Sequence record: PZ452588.1
DNA length: 64,000 nt
Strand: one strand, 5' to 3'
DNA from: a phage
The stretch's first letter is position 1; every line of letters starts with the position of its first letter. Positions 37,966-48,000 of this stretch are shown here, in pieces. Below the pieces are notes generated by a model. The model worked only from the letters and a program-made list of their open reading frames with translations, had not been told where the DNA came from and searched no databases. A program made the translations under genes and the position numbers.

Positions 37966-38020
37966 GTAATTTCCTTCAATTCAAATGAGATTTAATTTTA
38001 TAACTAATTTAATAAAGCAA

Positions 38021-38410
38021 TTAACGATTAAAATCAGCCGCAATTGTTTCCGCAACAATTTGAGCAGCAACAATTAGACGTTCATCTGCATTACCACAAT
38101 AATCATCTTCAAGGCGTTCACCACATGAAGTCATAATAAATTTAGCACCGGCGTTTAGAGATTCTGTAGTATGTTTGCGCATTAGTTCAATCCATTTATT
38201 ACTTACTTCACGATCGATAGCTTCATAATATGCATGACGAGCAGGTGCAGATTTAATTTTGTTCTGAATAACTTCCATTGCGTTATCAGAAAGAGACAAA
38301 ACCCATGCTCGACGAATTTTATTTTGGTTTTGCGGATTTGATTCAGAACGCACGTGTTTTGGCTGAATATCTTTTACATCAACAGTATAATTCACAGTAA
38401 TTTTAGTCAT
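38021..38410 (-). CDS. rpbA: Probable RNA polymerase-binding protein RpbA (129 aa)
   Basis: 129-aa ORF at T4 rpbA position between 45 and 46. Confidence 0.6.
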
Positions 38411-38419
38411 AATACACCT

Positions 38420-38608
38420 TTAGTCATAATAATCAGTAACAGTCCAAGCTTCATTTCTGTTGGACATTATTTTCGTATATTCTGCTTTAAATGCATTCCT
38501 AAGCATAGATTCAGTAACTATATGCTCTTCATTAGAAAAATTATTTCTCAGAATATATCGTTTTATTTCAGGAATAGTTAATAGATGCTGTCCAGTTGAA
38601 TATTCCAT
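38420..38608 (-). CDS. Hypothetical protein (62 aa)
   Basis: ORF. Confidence 0.45.
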   Translation of the reverse strand: MEYSTGQHLLTIPEIKRYILRNNFSNEEHIVTESMLRNAFKAEYTKIMSNRNEAWTVTDYYD

Positions 38609-38663
38609 GTTTTTCCTCCATAGAGATTATACTCTAATAAATTAAAGCATAATCTCTTATAAA

Positions 38664-40346
38664 TTAAACCATTACAGTAAATCGACCAACTTTCTTCATT
38701 TGAAGATGCTGACCGTATGCTTGCGGGTCATGGTCTCTATGTGAAATAACAAAAACATTAGTATTTTTTAAACTATCTAAAATAGTTGAAATAGCTTTTA
38801 CACCTTCAACGTCGGTCGCTGAATCAAAAACTTCATCAAGAATTAGTGTGTTTATTTTAACACCTGAAACTTTTTCAGCAATATCACGCCAAGTAAATAA
38901 AAGAGCAATATCAATTCGTGCTTTTTCACCTTGACTAAATGAAGCATAACTAAAATCTTCACGACCACGGGATTTAATTGTCTCATTAAATTCTTCATCT
39001 AATGTAAACACATAATCCGCTTCCATTATTTTAAGATAATGGTTAATCTGCTTATTAAATAATGGAATGTACTTTTTAATAATAGCACCTTTAATACCAG
39101 AATCTTTGAGCATATCAGTCAAAATTCCTCGGTGGTATTTTTCCATTACTAAATTAGTTTTTGTCTTAACAATTTTATCAAGTTCTTCTTGAAGCAGTGC
39201 TATTTCATCAGCATGGTCAATAAACTCAGAAGATGCTTTTTCTATAGCTGCTTTAACTTTTTTAGCTTTATCTACTGTCGTGATTAGAGATTGCTTTTTA
39301 TTGCGAATATCATTTGCCAACGACTGCTGTGTTTTAATATTATCTCGGTATTCATCAACAAGAACTTTTAAATTATCACGATGTGTTGAAAGCTGTTCAA
39401 ACGAATGCGTACATTCAGAAACTTTATCTTTAATTTTAGAAACAACTTTATCACCTGAACTTAATTGTGACAAGCAGGTTGGACATAATCCACCTTCGTG
39501 ATACATATTAATGACTTTATTATACGAGTCAATTTTTGATTTAATTAAAACTGCTTCTTGACCGATTTTATTAAATGCATCAGTCGGGTCTTCATCTAAA
39601 ACAATATTAACTAATCTTTCATTAGCTTCTTCTATTTCCGATTTTAGCGTTCTAGCTTCTTTTGCCAAATCATCATACATATTTTGTAGACGAGTAAGGT
39701 TGTCACCCGTTAATTTTTTCTGGCGTTCAACGTTATCATTATATATTTTAATTTGTTGGATAATACTATCTTTTTTAACATCAAGCACTTGGTTTTGTGA
39801 ATTTAATTCACGTATTAGTGCTTTATTAAGCTTATCCATTTCAGCTAATGTTCCTACCTCAAGCAGGTCTTCCACAAGCTTTCTTCGTGCAGGGGTCGAC
39901 AAACCCATGAAAGGGGTATACCCTGCTGTACCAAGGACAACAATCTGCTTGAAACTGGCATATGACATTCCGATAAGCTGTTCAAATTCTGCTTGGAAAT
40001 CTTTACTGCTGGCAGATTCATTAAGACGTGTACCGTTAACGGTGATTTCGAAAACGTTTGGTTTTTGTCCTCTTTTGATATAGTACTTTTTCTCATCATA
40101 TTCCATCCACAGTTCAACTAAAAGTTCTTTCTTATTTGTGCTGTTTATTAATTGACCTTTCTTTACATCACGAAATGGCTTGCCAAAAAGCCCAAATGTG
40201 ATGGCTTCTAACATAGTAGACTTACCACCGCCATTTCGTCCAGTAATAAGAGTTTTTTGAACCTTATCTAATTGAATGTCAATAGGATTTCCACCTACTG
40301 ACATTATATTTTGATACCTAACTCGGTTTAGTTTAAAATTCTTCAC
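38664..40346 (-). CDS. 46: Recombination endonuclease subunit gp46 (Rad50/SbcC-like, 560 aa)
   Basis: Walker A GRNGGGKST, long coiled-coil middle with CPTC zinc hook, C-terminal ABC signature; 560 aa. Confidence 0.9.
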   Translation of the reverse strand: MKNFKLNRVRYQNIMSVGGNPIDIQLDKVQKTLITGRNGGGKSTMLEAITFGLFGKPFRDVKKGQLINSTNKKELLVELWMEYDEKKYYIKRGQKPNVFEITVNGTRLNESASSKDFQAEFEQLIGMSYASFKQIVVLGTAGYTPFMGLSTPARRKLVEDLLEVGTLAEMDKLNKALIRELNSQNQVLDVKKDSIIQQIKIYNDNVERQKKLTGDNLTRLQNMYDDLAKEARTLKSEIEEANERLVNIVLDEDPTDAFNKIGQEAVLIKSKIDSYNKVINMYHEGGLCPTCLSQLSSGDKVVSKIKDKVSECTHSFEQLSTHRDNLKVLVDEYRDNIKTQQSLANDIRNKKQSLITTVDKAKKVKAAIEKASSEFIDHADEIALLQEELDKIVKTKTNLVMEKYHRGILTDMLKDSGIKGAIIKKYIPLFNKQINHYLKIMEADYVFTLDEEFNETIKSRGREDFSYASFSQGEKARIDIALLFTWRDIAEKVSGVKINTLILDEVFDSATDVEGVKAISTILDSLKNTNVFVISHRDHDPQAYGQHLQMKKVGRFTVMV

Positions 40347-40606
40347 AAAAGATTCCTTTTAATGTATCTTTTAGACCATTCTATCATATCATCATAATCT
40401 AAAAAGTATTCATCAAATTCAGCCATGCAAACAACACCTTGTGCTGTTTTTGATGTGATATAAATTATTCCAACATATCTAGAATCTTCTTCGGTATAAT
40501 CAATATTTGCTATGAATTCATCATTAATGTCAAATGTCGAAAACTTCACAGTATGCATCCTTAATACAAGATACAGCCATATCTCGTAATGATTTAGGTG
40601 TGTCAT
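40343..40606 (-). CDS. Hypothetical protein (up to 87 aa)
   Basis: ORF; start uncertain because of overlap with the next ORF. Confidence 0.45.
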   Translation of the reverse strand: MTHLNHYEIWLYLVLRMHTVKFSTFDINDEFIANIDYTEEDSRYVGIIYITSKTAQGVVCMAEFDEYFLDYDDMIEWSKRYIKRNLL

Positions 40607-40793
40607 TATCTAAAATGTTGAAGTTAAAAGATACAGCCCAGTCAGTGCAGACCGTAACCTTTTTAATACAATTATCTTCAACCTCTAGCGGTTCAAACCA
40701 ATATTCAATAATTTCTTTATGCCCAATATCATCTTTTACTTCGCATTCAAAATGCTGACTCATCATAACATTTTTAAATTCATCAAAAATCAT
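40530..40793 (-). CDS. Hypothetical protein (87 aa)
   Basis: ORF. Confidence 0.5.
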   Translation of the reverse strand: MIFDEFKNVMMSQHFECEVKDDIGHKEIIEYWFEPLEVEDNCIKKVTVCTDWAVSFNFNILDNDTPKSLRDMAVSCIKDAYCEVFDI

Positions 40794-41809
40794 TGTGTTG
40801 CCTCTACATATAACTGATTTGCATATTGAATAAGTGCTTCGCGGTCAGAATCAGTGATGTCTGGAATTGCATTAATGTATTCTTCCATCAACGTCTGAAG
40901 AGATTGAACTTCAACTTCTTCACTGTCATCTGACTCGACAGAGTTATCAATTTTCGACACAACTCGTAATGAATGCACAACTTTTTCTAGTTCAGATTCG
41001 AACTTCGTTAGATTTTTGTCTACTTCAGTTACTATAACACGTACTGATAGATTTGTAAAATCTTTATAATCAATTTTTCCTTTAAATGGATAATGAATTC
41101 TACGATGCCAGGTAGTATTGTTTGGAATAAATTCCATTCGTTCTGTTTCTGTATCAAACATCCAGAACCCACGAGGGTCATTCTCGTCACCTGCAGTTAG
41201 TGTCCATGGTGTCCCAATATATCTGACGTTAGCAGCCTCAGAGATAGTATGGAAGTGACCAGACCACACCTCTTTATAAGTCTTAAGGAAATCAGGTTCA
41301 AGACCATGAGATTTCATTCCTTTATAAAAATAAAATCCATTCAGTTCCCAGTGACCAACACAAAAAGAAGCAGAAGAAGTTTTTATGTGCTCGAGAATTT
41401 CACCAGTATTTTCTTCACACATCCAAGGAATTAAATCAATTAAACATCCGTCAAAATCTACTGTAGTAGGCTTATCATATACTTTAACATTGGGATATTT
41501 AGCCAAAAGCTCAGTAGAGGCATTTGGATGCATTACATTTTTGTAGTGGAGATCGTGATTTCCTACAATAGTATGTAATGTGATTCCAGCATCATCAAGC
41601 ATTTGAACTATTTCGCGAGCGAACTCCATAGTTTTATGCGTGATTGCTTTTCGCACATCAAAAATATCGCCGTATTGAATCCATGTAGTAATTCCATTTT
41701 TCTTAGAATATTCTATTGCTTGTTTAATTCCATCAATTTGAATACCGCGAATCCACTCATCATCAGCTTTAACGCCTAAATGCCAATCACCTAAATTTAA
41801 AATTTTCAT
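40790..41809 (-). CDS. 47: Recombination nuclease subunit gp47 (Mre11/SbcD-like, 339 aa)
   Basis: Calcineurin-like phosphoesterase motifs (GDWHLG, GNHD); 339 aa. Confidence 0.9.
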   Translation of the reverse strand: MKILNLGDWHLGVKADDEWIRGIQIDGIKQAIEYSKKNGITTWIQYGDIFDVRKAITHKTMEFAREIVQMLDDAGITLHTIVGNHDLHYKNVMHPNASTELLAKYPNVKVYDKPTTVDFDGCLIDLIPWMCEENTGEILEHIKTSSASFCVGHWELNGFYFYKGMKSHGLEPDFLKTYKEVWSGHFHTISEAANVRYIGTPWTLTAGDENDPRGFWMFDTETERMEFIPNNTTWHRRIHYPFKGKIDYKDFTNLSVRVIVTEVDKNLTKFESELEKVVHSLRVVSKIDNSVESDDSEEVEVQSLQTLMEEYINAIPDITDSDREALIQYANQLYVEATQ

Positions 41810-41944
41810 ATATCAAGAACCGTCATTGAAATGCAAAATAAAATTATTGAAATAAACCCATCTGGTGTGCTAAAGAACCCAATCCAACATGCTCTAGTGA
41901 ATAGATAAAATGCAAGAAAAAGTATCACATATCCAAGAAATATC

Positions 41945-41970
41945 ATTATATCAAACTCCGTATAAAGCTA
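41945..41970 (-). promoter_or_regulatory. Candidate MotA-dependent middle promoter for gene 47
   Basis: Minus strand AGCTTTA (fwd 41963-41969), 12-nt spacer, TATAAT (fwd 41945-41950); same architecture as the gene 39 middle promoter. Confidence 0.5.
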
Positions 41971-41985
41971 AAGGGCCGAAGCCCT

Positions 41986-43188
41986 TTATTTTGTAATAAT
42001 GTCAAACTGTTCTTTAAAGCAGAAGCTTGAATCTTGATGCTGATACAAAAATTCATATGCTTTTTCTCGCTCACGGTCATAAAGAGCTCGGTCAGATGAC
42101 AGTTCTTTAATACGTTCAAATGTTGATTCCATATCATTTTCATCAAACCAAATGATACCGCTATCATGCGAGGTCAAAGGAGTATTATCAACACGGAATT
42201 TTAAATTTTCGCCAGTAGATTTCCAAAATACCGGAATTGTTCCACACGCGCCAAGCTCGAGATGAGTATATTCTAAAGAACGTTGTAGATATTTTTTATC
42301 CAACTTACTCAGCTGATAACCAAAACCGGATTTACTCATACGTTCAAGCATTTCGCTATTTACATAACGGTCAAGAATTTGCGTTGGCAAATTAGGAGCA
42401 ATTTTAATTTGGTCTACTTGATGAAGACGATAATACTCGTATGGAATTCCTTTTTCTTTAATAGGAATGAACGCTGGAGAACGTTCCAGACCTTCCATAA
42501 TAGTACTTAGTCCTGCAGGTTTAAGATGTTTTTCATGAAAATCAAACATCTGATAAAAACCTTTCCATGTAGTCGTACGACCAATCCAACGGTTGATATT
42601 CATGTTAATTTCAGAAACATCTTTCCAGTATGTTGATCGAACCTTTGCAATATCCATCGGAGGCTGAAAGTTATATACGGTCGGTGCTTCTTCAATATCA
42701 TCAAACAGAGAAACAGTTTCTGGATACCACTCTTTCATCAGAACTTTATTAAAATCACCATTATCAGAATGGCTAAAAATAATATCAGCTCGACGAACAG
42801 TTTCTTCTAATCCCAAATTTCGGCGCAAAGAAAGAGAAGAATGGTCATGTTGATAAACTACAACACGAACAGAAGGTTTAATGTTATCAATAATTTTTTT
42901 ATAGTTATTAATAGTGTCTTCTTCAACTGAAGTAGCAGGAACTGAATTGATAATTAGAATATCACAATCATTTACCAGCTTAAGTGTTTTATCGTATTCT
43001 TTTGCCAATAAAACCGGAATTGAAAATGATTTATAATCATGCGCGCAATTACGAGTAAATGATTTATCTTTAGCATAAACCAAAGTTACTTCATGACCAT
43101 TTTTAATAAACCAATCACGTTGCTCGAGTGAGAATTTTGTTACACCACAACCTTCAAGACCTCGAGCCATAAAAATACATACTTTCAT
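41986..43188 (-). CDS. agt: Alpha-glucosyltransferase (400 aa)
   Basis: 400-aa ORF closely resembling recalled T4 alpha-gt (MxICIFMARGLEGCGVTKFSLEQRDWFIKNGHEVTLVYAKDKSF...). Confidence 0.85.
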   Translation of the reverse strand: MKVCIFMARGLEGCGVTKFSLEQRDWFIKNGHEVTLVYAKDKSFTRNCAHDYKSFSIPVLLAKEYDKTLKLVNDCDILIINSVPATSVEEDTINNYKKIIDNIKPSVRVVVYQHDHSSLSLRRNLGLEETVRRADIIFSHSDNGDFNKVLMKEWYPETVSLFDDIEEAPTVYNFQPPMDIAKVRSTYWKDVSEINMNINRWIGRTTTWKGFYQMFDFHEKHLKPAGLSTIMEGLERSPAFIPIKEKGIPYEYYRLHQVDQIKIAPNLPTQILDRYVNSEMLERMSKSGFGYQLSKLDKKYLQRSLEYTHLELGACGTIPVFWKSTGENLKFRVDNTPLTSHDSGIIWFDENDMESTFERIKELSSDRALYDREREKAYEFLYQHQDSSFCFKEQFDIITK

Positions 43189-43212
43189 TTAATATCCTCT
43201 TTGTTTTGGTTT

Positions 43213-43238
43213 ATTTTACCAAAAATTTATAAAGCAAT
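43213..43238 (-). promoter_or_regulatory. Candidate MotA-dependent middle promoter for agt
   Basis: Minus strand TTGCTTTA (fwd 43231-43238), 12-nt spacer, TAAAAT (fwd 43213-43218). Confidence 0.45.
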
Positions 43239-43431
43239 ATAGGAGCCGAAGCTCCTATCCGCATAATACACCATACAAAGGCTCATTAGAGCTTCTAAAT
43301 TTTATGCGCTTATATGTTATAGTTCCTTCTGCTTTAGCTTTATCATGAGACGCTTTAAAGAGTCTCATCATTTCCTCTTTAGAGGAACGAATTTTATTAT
43401 AATCTATTTCAGAAGTCTGGATGTTCATCTT

Positions 43432-43638
43432 TCACAGTTGCCACCATTTTTTGACTTGATAAGAATCAACCCACACTTTCATATTAGGGTCTGCTCTTAC
43501 AATAGGAGGATTAACTTCTTTAATTGAACTATCATGGTATTCTTTTTCAGAAATTTTCACACAAAGATGACCATTCAAAGATTCAGTAAATCCTGCATTA
43601 ATTTTAAGACGCTTGAATTTTACGTGTGTAAGCATCAA
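43432..43638 (-). CDS. Hypothetical protein (68 aa)
   Basis: ORF. Confidence 0.45.
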   Translation of the reverse strand: MMLTHVKFKRLKINAGFTESLNGHLCVKISEKEYHDSSIKEVNPPIVRADPNMKVWVDSYQVKKWWQL

Positions 43639-43921
43639 TCATATCCTCAATCTGTGATCTAGTAGTCTTCCAAAGAATACTGATGAGTTCATCGTTATAT
43701 GGCTGTTTTAGAATATCCCGACTTTTCTTGATAGCATATTCGTATTGAGCAAAATTATTGTTTTCAGCTGCGATCTGAGCGTGCTTATAAAGACGATTCA
43801 GTTCGCGTTTGTTTTTAGACAATAACTTATTTGCTTTTCTTTCTGCTTCAAGACGGTTCTTTTCTTCAATAGAAGAAATAAGCTTTTCCACTTCATCATT
43901 AATTTCGGGTTTATCAGTCAT
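43604..43921 (-). CDS. Hypothetical protein (105 aa)
   Basis: ORF. Confidence 0.5.
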   Translation of the reverse strand: MTDKPEINDEVEKLISSIEEKNRLEAERKANKLLSKNKRELNRLYKHAQIAAENNNFAQYEYAIKKSRDILKQPYNDELISILWKTTRSQIEDMIDAYTRKIQAS

Positions 43922-43922
43922 A

Positions 43923-44141
43923 TTATTTCTCTAATATAAAATAAAAATCATCATCTGTTAAATGATACCTGTAATTTAATTCTACACCATTAGATTTAAA
44001 AGCGGTATCATACGGATTTTCTGGATCAATATCAATGTCAAGAGCTAAAACTTCCCTGAGATACATTTTAAGTAAATAGGGAATAGCTTCAACTTCAGGT
44101 ATTTCTTCCAAGAATCCGGAGAGGTTAATCGTTAGCCTCAT
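43923..44141 (-). CDS. Hypothetical protein (72 aa)
   Basis: ORF. Confidence 0.5.
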
Positions 44142-44682
44142 ATAAAAAATCCAAACTAGGAGAATCGTCTACAACACTTTTCTTTTCAGCCCCCGGTGTT
44201 CTATAGGTTGATTCTTCGTAATGCGTCATTTTATCGTAGATGTCTTGAATAAAAGTTTCATCTACTAACGCAACCATATCGTCGTCACGACTGTCATAGA
44301 CATTGTGAACGAAGTAACTATATTTCTTTGCAACTTCCTTACGTTCTTTTTTAATACGCTGGACGAATGCATTAAAACAAGCTTGAGTTATATATGCATG
44401 TGGGTTTTTATATTTCGTTTCATCAAAATTATGAAGCCCCTTAATAGAAGCTTCTATACCATCTGCAATCATTTCTTGTTTCCAAGACTGGGTGTATCCT
44501 GAAAAGTTGAAACGTTTAGATAAGCCTTCTGCAATAAGCATAATGGCTAATCCGATAGTATCATTCTGACGAACTACTTTATTTGGGTCTTTATTATTTG
44601 CTAATTCTGTTTTCCAATCAATAATAGCTTGTAAAAGCTCTTTATTGTTTACGTAATTATATTTAGGCTTAGTTTCTGACAT
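44125..44682 (-). CDS. 55: Late sigma factor gp55 (185 aa)
   Basis: [54 protein letters not shown]... matches recalled T4 gp55. Confidence 0.9.
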
Positions 44683-44760
44683 TTTCACCTCTTAGCTCAA
44701 TTCATAGATCTATTATATCATAATATTTGAAGATCTATCTTAAAGCATAGAGGATATCAG

Positions 44761-45030
44761 TTATCTAAGTAAACAGTATGCTTGGAACACTTTCTCCATC
44801 ATCTTTTTAAATTCATGAATATCTATATAATGACTAGTTAAATCAGCATGATATAAAAAGTCTAAAAACTTTTCATGTGTGCTAACATATTCACTTTCAT
44901 TTAATTCAGAAACATGACTTTCCCAATATCCAACACCAGTCTTATTTGGGAAAAATGAAATTTTCATGTATTGGTCAACATAGAAAATGCCATAATTTTC
45001 AATAGTAATAGAAATATTAATAAATTTCAT
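44761..45030 (-). CDS. Hypothetical protein (89 aa)
   Basis: ORF. Confidence 0.5.
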   Translation of the reverse strand: MKFINISITIENYGIFYVDQYMKISFFPNKTGVGYWESHVSELNESEYVSTHEKFLDFLYHADLTSHYIDIHEFKKMMEKVFQAYCLLR

Positions 45031-45242
45031 ACATTCATCAACTTAGCCGCTTCAAGAGCTGCATCTAGTGAATCAAATTGGTCAACATATTCAATCAATT
45101 CGCCATAATTGGCATATAACCACCATTGGCTAAATTCATACTCAAGGATGAATCCGTTTCCTTCAATTTGAGTTAAACCAATGCCATTTGTATTTACTTC
45201 ATACCCAGCAAGACGTAAATCGTTAATAAGAGCTTCGTTCAT
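45027..45242 (-). CDS. Hypothetical protein (71 aa)
   Basis: ORF. Confidence 0.5.
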   Translation of the reverse strand: MNEALINDLRLAGYEVNTNGIGLTQIEGNGFILEYEFSQWWLYANYGELIEYVDQFDSLDAALEAAKLMNV

Positions 45243-45244
45243 AA

Positions 45245-45571
45245 TTATACCTTAGTAATTTTCAGGTCTGCAAATTTTTTCTTGCGTTGATTTTTCATAC
45301 GACGAATAGTTTTATCGGAAATTTCATGCTTTTGATAAGCTTTAGATTCTACGCCAAAAGCTTTAACATCAAATTCTGACAAGATATATTGAACCAACAA
45401 TTCACGGACAGTATTGCGTCCAATCTTCTGATCATTCTGTTTCATCGTCTGATGAAGCTCTTTTTCCCATTTATCCAAAATTTGAGGAGTTACAATATCG
45501 CCTTTTTCTAGCAAAGAAACTACTTTATCATATGCGTAAGAATTGATGGCGTTTTTAATTTGAATAGTCAT
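45245..45571 (-). CDS. Hypothetical protein (108 aa)
   Basis: ORF. Confidence 0.5.
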   Translation of the reverse strand: MTIQIKNAINSYAYDKVVSLLEKGDIVTPQILDKWEKELHQTMKQNDQKIGRNTVRELLVQYILSEFDVKAFGVESKAYQKHEISDKTIRRMKNQRKKKFADLKITKV

Positions 45572-45622
45572 ACATTATCCTCAATTGCATTAAAATTTTA
45601 TTATCCAAAAGGGCCGAAGCCC

Positions 45623-45823
45623 TTAGCTAAACTTTTTGGCACCCTTCCAGCCTTCGTACATCATTGCGGCTGATATTAATATTGCTCCTGAGCAACTTGA
45701 ATATTTGTGATTCCAAAACCAGTTTAGAAAAACTTCATCATCAATACCTTGGGCTATCATATTTTCAAAGAACTGACGACGAGCTTCGGCAATTCGTTGT
45801 GATAATTTAGATTCAGGATTCAT
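45623..45823 (-). CDS. Hypothetical protein (66 aa)
   Basis: ORF preceded by UUCG-loop hairpin at 45611-45626. Confidence 0.5.
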   Translation of the reverse strand: MNPESKLSQRIAEARRQFFENMIAQGIDDEVFLNWFWNHKYSSCSGAILISAAMMYEGWKGAKKFS

Positions 45824-45955
45824 TTAAATTTTCCAGTTACCATTTTCATCAATAAATTTAATCCAGTCATTTACTGACCACTTAGTTGTATCGCCTTTTG
45901 GAGTAACATTTAAAGTGTATAACCCCTGCTTAAAAAGCATTCGTTTAATATTCAT
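45824..45955 (-). CDS. Small hypothetical protein (43 aa)
   Basis: ATG after GAGGAAAAT SD; track ORF 45824-46039 is over-extended. Confidence 0.4.
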   Translation of the reverse strand: MNIKRMLFKQGLYTLNVTPKGDTTKWSVNDWIKFIDENGNWKI

Positions 45956-45962
45956 ATTTTCC

Positions 45963-46256
45963 TCAGCTGTAACGATAACATTCGTTTGATTTGCGCTTAG
46001 CAACTCGTTGAGATGTATTATAATCAAAATCATCGTCAATGTAAACTGATTTTTTCAACTTTCTTACTTCACCACGCAGTTGACGATTCAATTCATTCTT
46101 AACCTCTGAATCAACACCTCGCATACGTCGCCATTTATCTGAACGAAAAATGTTTTCAACCATATCTTTATGACTTACCCCATCAGGAGCTTTACGCTTT
46201 CCGAAATAGTCATAATCACGAACTTTCAAGTCTTTACGACGATACGTTTTACCCAT
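45963..46256 (-). CDS. Hypothetical basic protein (about 97 aa)
   Basis: Lys/Arg-rich ORF; start set at internal ATG. Confidence 0.45.
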   Translation of the reverse strand: MGKTYRRKDLKVRDYDYFGKRKAPDGVSHKDMVENIFRSDKWRRMRGVDSEVKNELNRQLRGEVRKLKKSVYIDDDFDYNTSQRVAKRKSNECYRYS

Positions 46257-46431
46257 GGAGTTTAATTTCCTTAGCAACTGAACTAAATACAGCACGATCA
46301 CAAATCATGTGTTTATGTAACTTAAGTATAAGATAATAAACATCATAACCATTTACGTAAGTAACACGAACAACATTACCATTAATAAAATAATATTGTC
46401 CCTTTTTAATTTCTTTATCAACCACAACCAT
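46249..46431 (-). CDS. Hypothetical protein (60 aa)
   Basis: ORF downstream of early promoter (-35 fwd 46486-46491). Confidence 0.45.
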   Translation of the reverse strand: MVVVDKEIKKGQYYFINGNVVRVTYVNGYDVYYLILKLHKHMICDRAVFSSVAKEIKLHG

Positions 46432-46589
46432 ATCAAATCCTCAAAGGCAATTCATATGTTAATAATACCACGGTTTGAACTTGTTGTAAACAACTTTGTG
46501 AAAATTATTTTAGGGAATGATAAGAAGGGAACGATAGCTTAGAATGGTAATATACAGAATGTAAGAAAGAAAGGCCCAGAAGGCCCGTC

Positions 46590-46913
46590 TTAGTCTTCTA
46601 TGATATCTCTATCATATCCAAGTGAAATGAGAGTTTCTTTGAAGTGTTTAATGTTCTTTTGTCTAGAATCATTAATGAAAATGACTGGATAACGAATGTT
46701 AAGAGATGTGAATCCAGCGCGTTTAGCAAGAGATACAATCAGCGGACGATCATACTCAATCTTACCATTATTTGTAAGAACTTTATAGAAAGTAAAAGGA
46801 GCATTGAGCTCCTTTAGAAGTTTTGTAACTGATTGACATCCAGGACAACGACCAACTTCATCTGGAATTCCGTAGACTTCAATCTTATTCTTTAAGTTCG
46901 AGTTTTGTTCCAC
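46590..46913 (-). CDS. nrdH: Glutaredoxin-like protein, probable NrdH (about 107 aa)
   Basis: CxxC redox motif (GRCPGCQ) in thioredoxin-fold context; start uncertain (GTG at 46911-46913; the track ORF N-terminal 43 aa overlap the upstream gene). Confidence 0.55.
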   Translation of the reverse strand: MEQNSNLKNKIEVYGIPDEVGRCPGCQSVTKLLKELNAPFTFYKVLTNNGKIEYDRPLIVSLAKRAGFTSLNIRYPVIFINDSRQKNIKHFKETLISLGYDRDIIED

Positions 46914-47196
46914 GAGAAATAATTCCTTGGTAAGCCCAATAAGGAGGATTAACAGAATCCTCACCAGAGTTTTCTTCAGGAAAATAAACCTGGATAACGA
47001 AGCCGGATTCATCAAAGGTGAAATAAGTAGTAGGCAGTTCACCTAACAAATCGGCACGAGCGTTGATTTCTTCGAGGTCTTGTTCACGTCCAGCCCAGAA
47101 GCTTGGGTTCAGACTACATTCATAGAAATAATAGTCATTACCGAACATATCAAAACCATTCCAACTCTCTACTACATACCGCTCAAAACTAATCAT
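46885..47196 (-). CDS. Hypothetical protein (103 aa)
   Basis: ORF. Confidence 0.5.
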   Translation of the reverse strand: MISFERYVVESWNGFDMFGNDYYFYECSLNPSFWAGREQDLEEINARADLLGELPTTYFTFDESGFVIQVYFPEENSGEDSVNPPYWAYQGIISRGTKLELKE

Positions 47197-47198
47197 AA

Positions 47199-47414
47199 TT
47201 AAGCCTTTTTATCAAGAACAGCATTCAGCTTGTTAGTAATTTTATCCAGACGCTCATTGAACTCACTAGAAGATAAGCCCTTTTCTGGAGAAATCAAACT
47301 AATTACGAAAAATATAACAATAAAAGGAATAAGGAAAATAGCTCCAACTGCCATGAACAAAAAGAATGTTACAGTTGTAAGAAAATCAGCTAAACCTTTA
47401 CGAAATTTATACAT
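47199..47414 (-). CDS. Small membrane protein (71 aa)
   Basis: Strongly hydrophobic N-terminal segments. Confidence 0.5.
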   Translation of the reverse strand: MYKFRKGLADFLTTVTFFLFMAVGAIFLIPFIVIFFVISLISPEKGLSSSEFNERLDKITNKLNAVLDKKA

Positions 47415-47529
47415 ATTTTACCCTTAATTGATTAACCAAGCATTGATAAGCACTAAACTATATTGCGAATAAAATTCTGGACCAAAATGAAAAATCATAT
47501 CATTTATAGTATCCATAATGTAATTCAAT

Positions 47530-48000
47530 TTAATCATGTGTCCACACCCCATCGGTATTTGACCAAAGTCGCTGATTATCTGATCCTCGCCACAGCTTTT
47601 TGGTCGGAAGATTTTTCTCATACTTCCCATCAATAATAACATCAACATATTTAAGCATTTCTAGTTGTTTAATATCTTCAAACTTATATCCTGTCCACAA
47701 CCAAATGCTTTTATTGGGATAAAGATTTTTAATAGTTTGAACCACAGAGTGAATCACGTCTCTGTTATCAGGATAAAGAGGGTCACCTCCGGTTATAGTT
47801 AATCCTTCTATATAATCATTATTCAAACATTCAATCAATTGTTCTAGTGTTTCACCAGTGAATGGAATACCATTTCTAGCATTCCATGTTGATTTATTAT
47901 AACACCCTTCGCATTTATGCAAACAACCTGTAACGAAAAGAACGACCCTGCATCCAGGGCCATTCACAAAATCACAGGGATAAAATCTATCATAATTCAT
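47530..48000 (-). CDS. nrdG: Anaerobic ribonucleotide reductase activating protein NrdG (radical SAM, 156 aa)
   Basis: CxxxCxxC cluster motif (CLHKCEGC); 156 aa; adjacent to nrdD. Confidence 0.9.
   Translation of the reverse strand: MNYDRFYPCDFVNGPGCRVVLFVTGCLHKCEGCYNKSTWNARNGIPFTGETLEQLIECLNNDYIEGLTITGGDPLYPDNRDVIHSVVQTIKNLYPNKSIWLWTGYKFEDIKQLEMLKYVDVIIDGKYEKNLPTKKLWRGSDNQRLWSNTDGVWTHD

Noticed and set aside
41946-42167. Minus-strand 73-aa ORF overlapping the 3' end of agt in another frame
   Set aside because: Fully nested in agt, which has a strong sequence match; no independent SD.
43345-43527. Plus-strand 60-aa ORF in the agt-downstream region
   Set aside because: Overlaps minus-strand small ORFs, has no SD, and its composition looks like reverse-frame translation.
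44713-44749. Two copies of AGATCTAT about 27 bp apart upstream of gene 55
   Set aside because: Short and AT-rich; could be promoter-related but too short to separate from chance.
46914-47042. Hydrophobic N-terminal 43 residues of track ORF 46590-47042
   Set aside because: This part overlaps the upstream gene 46885-47196 in another frame; the glutaredoxin-like domain begins near 46913.
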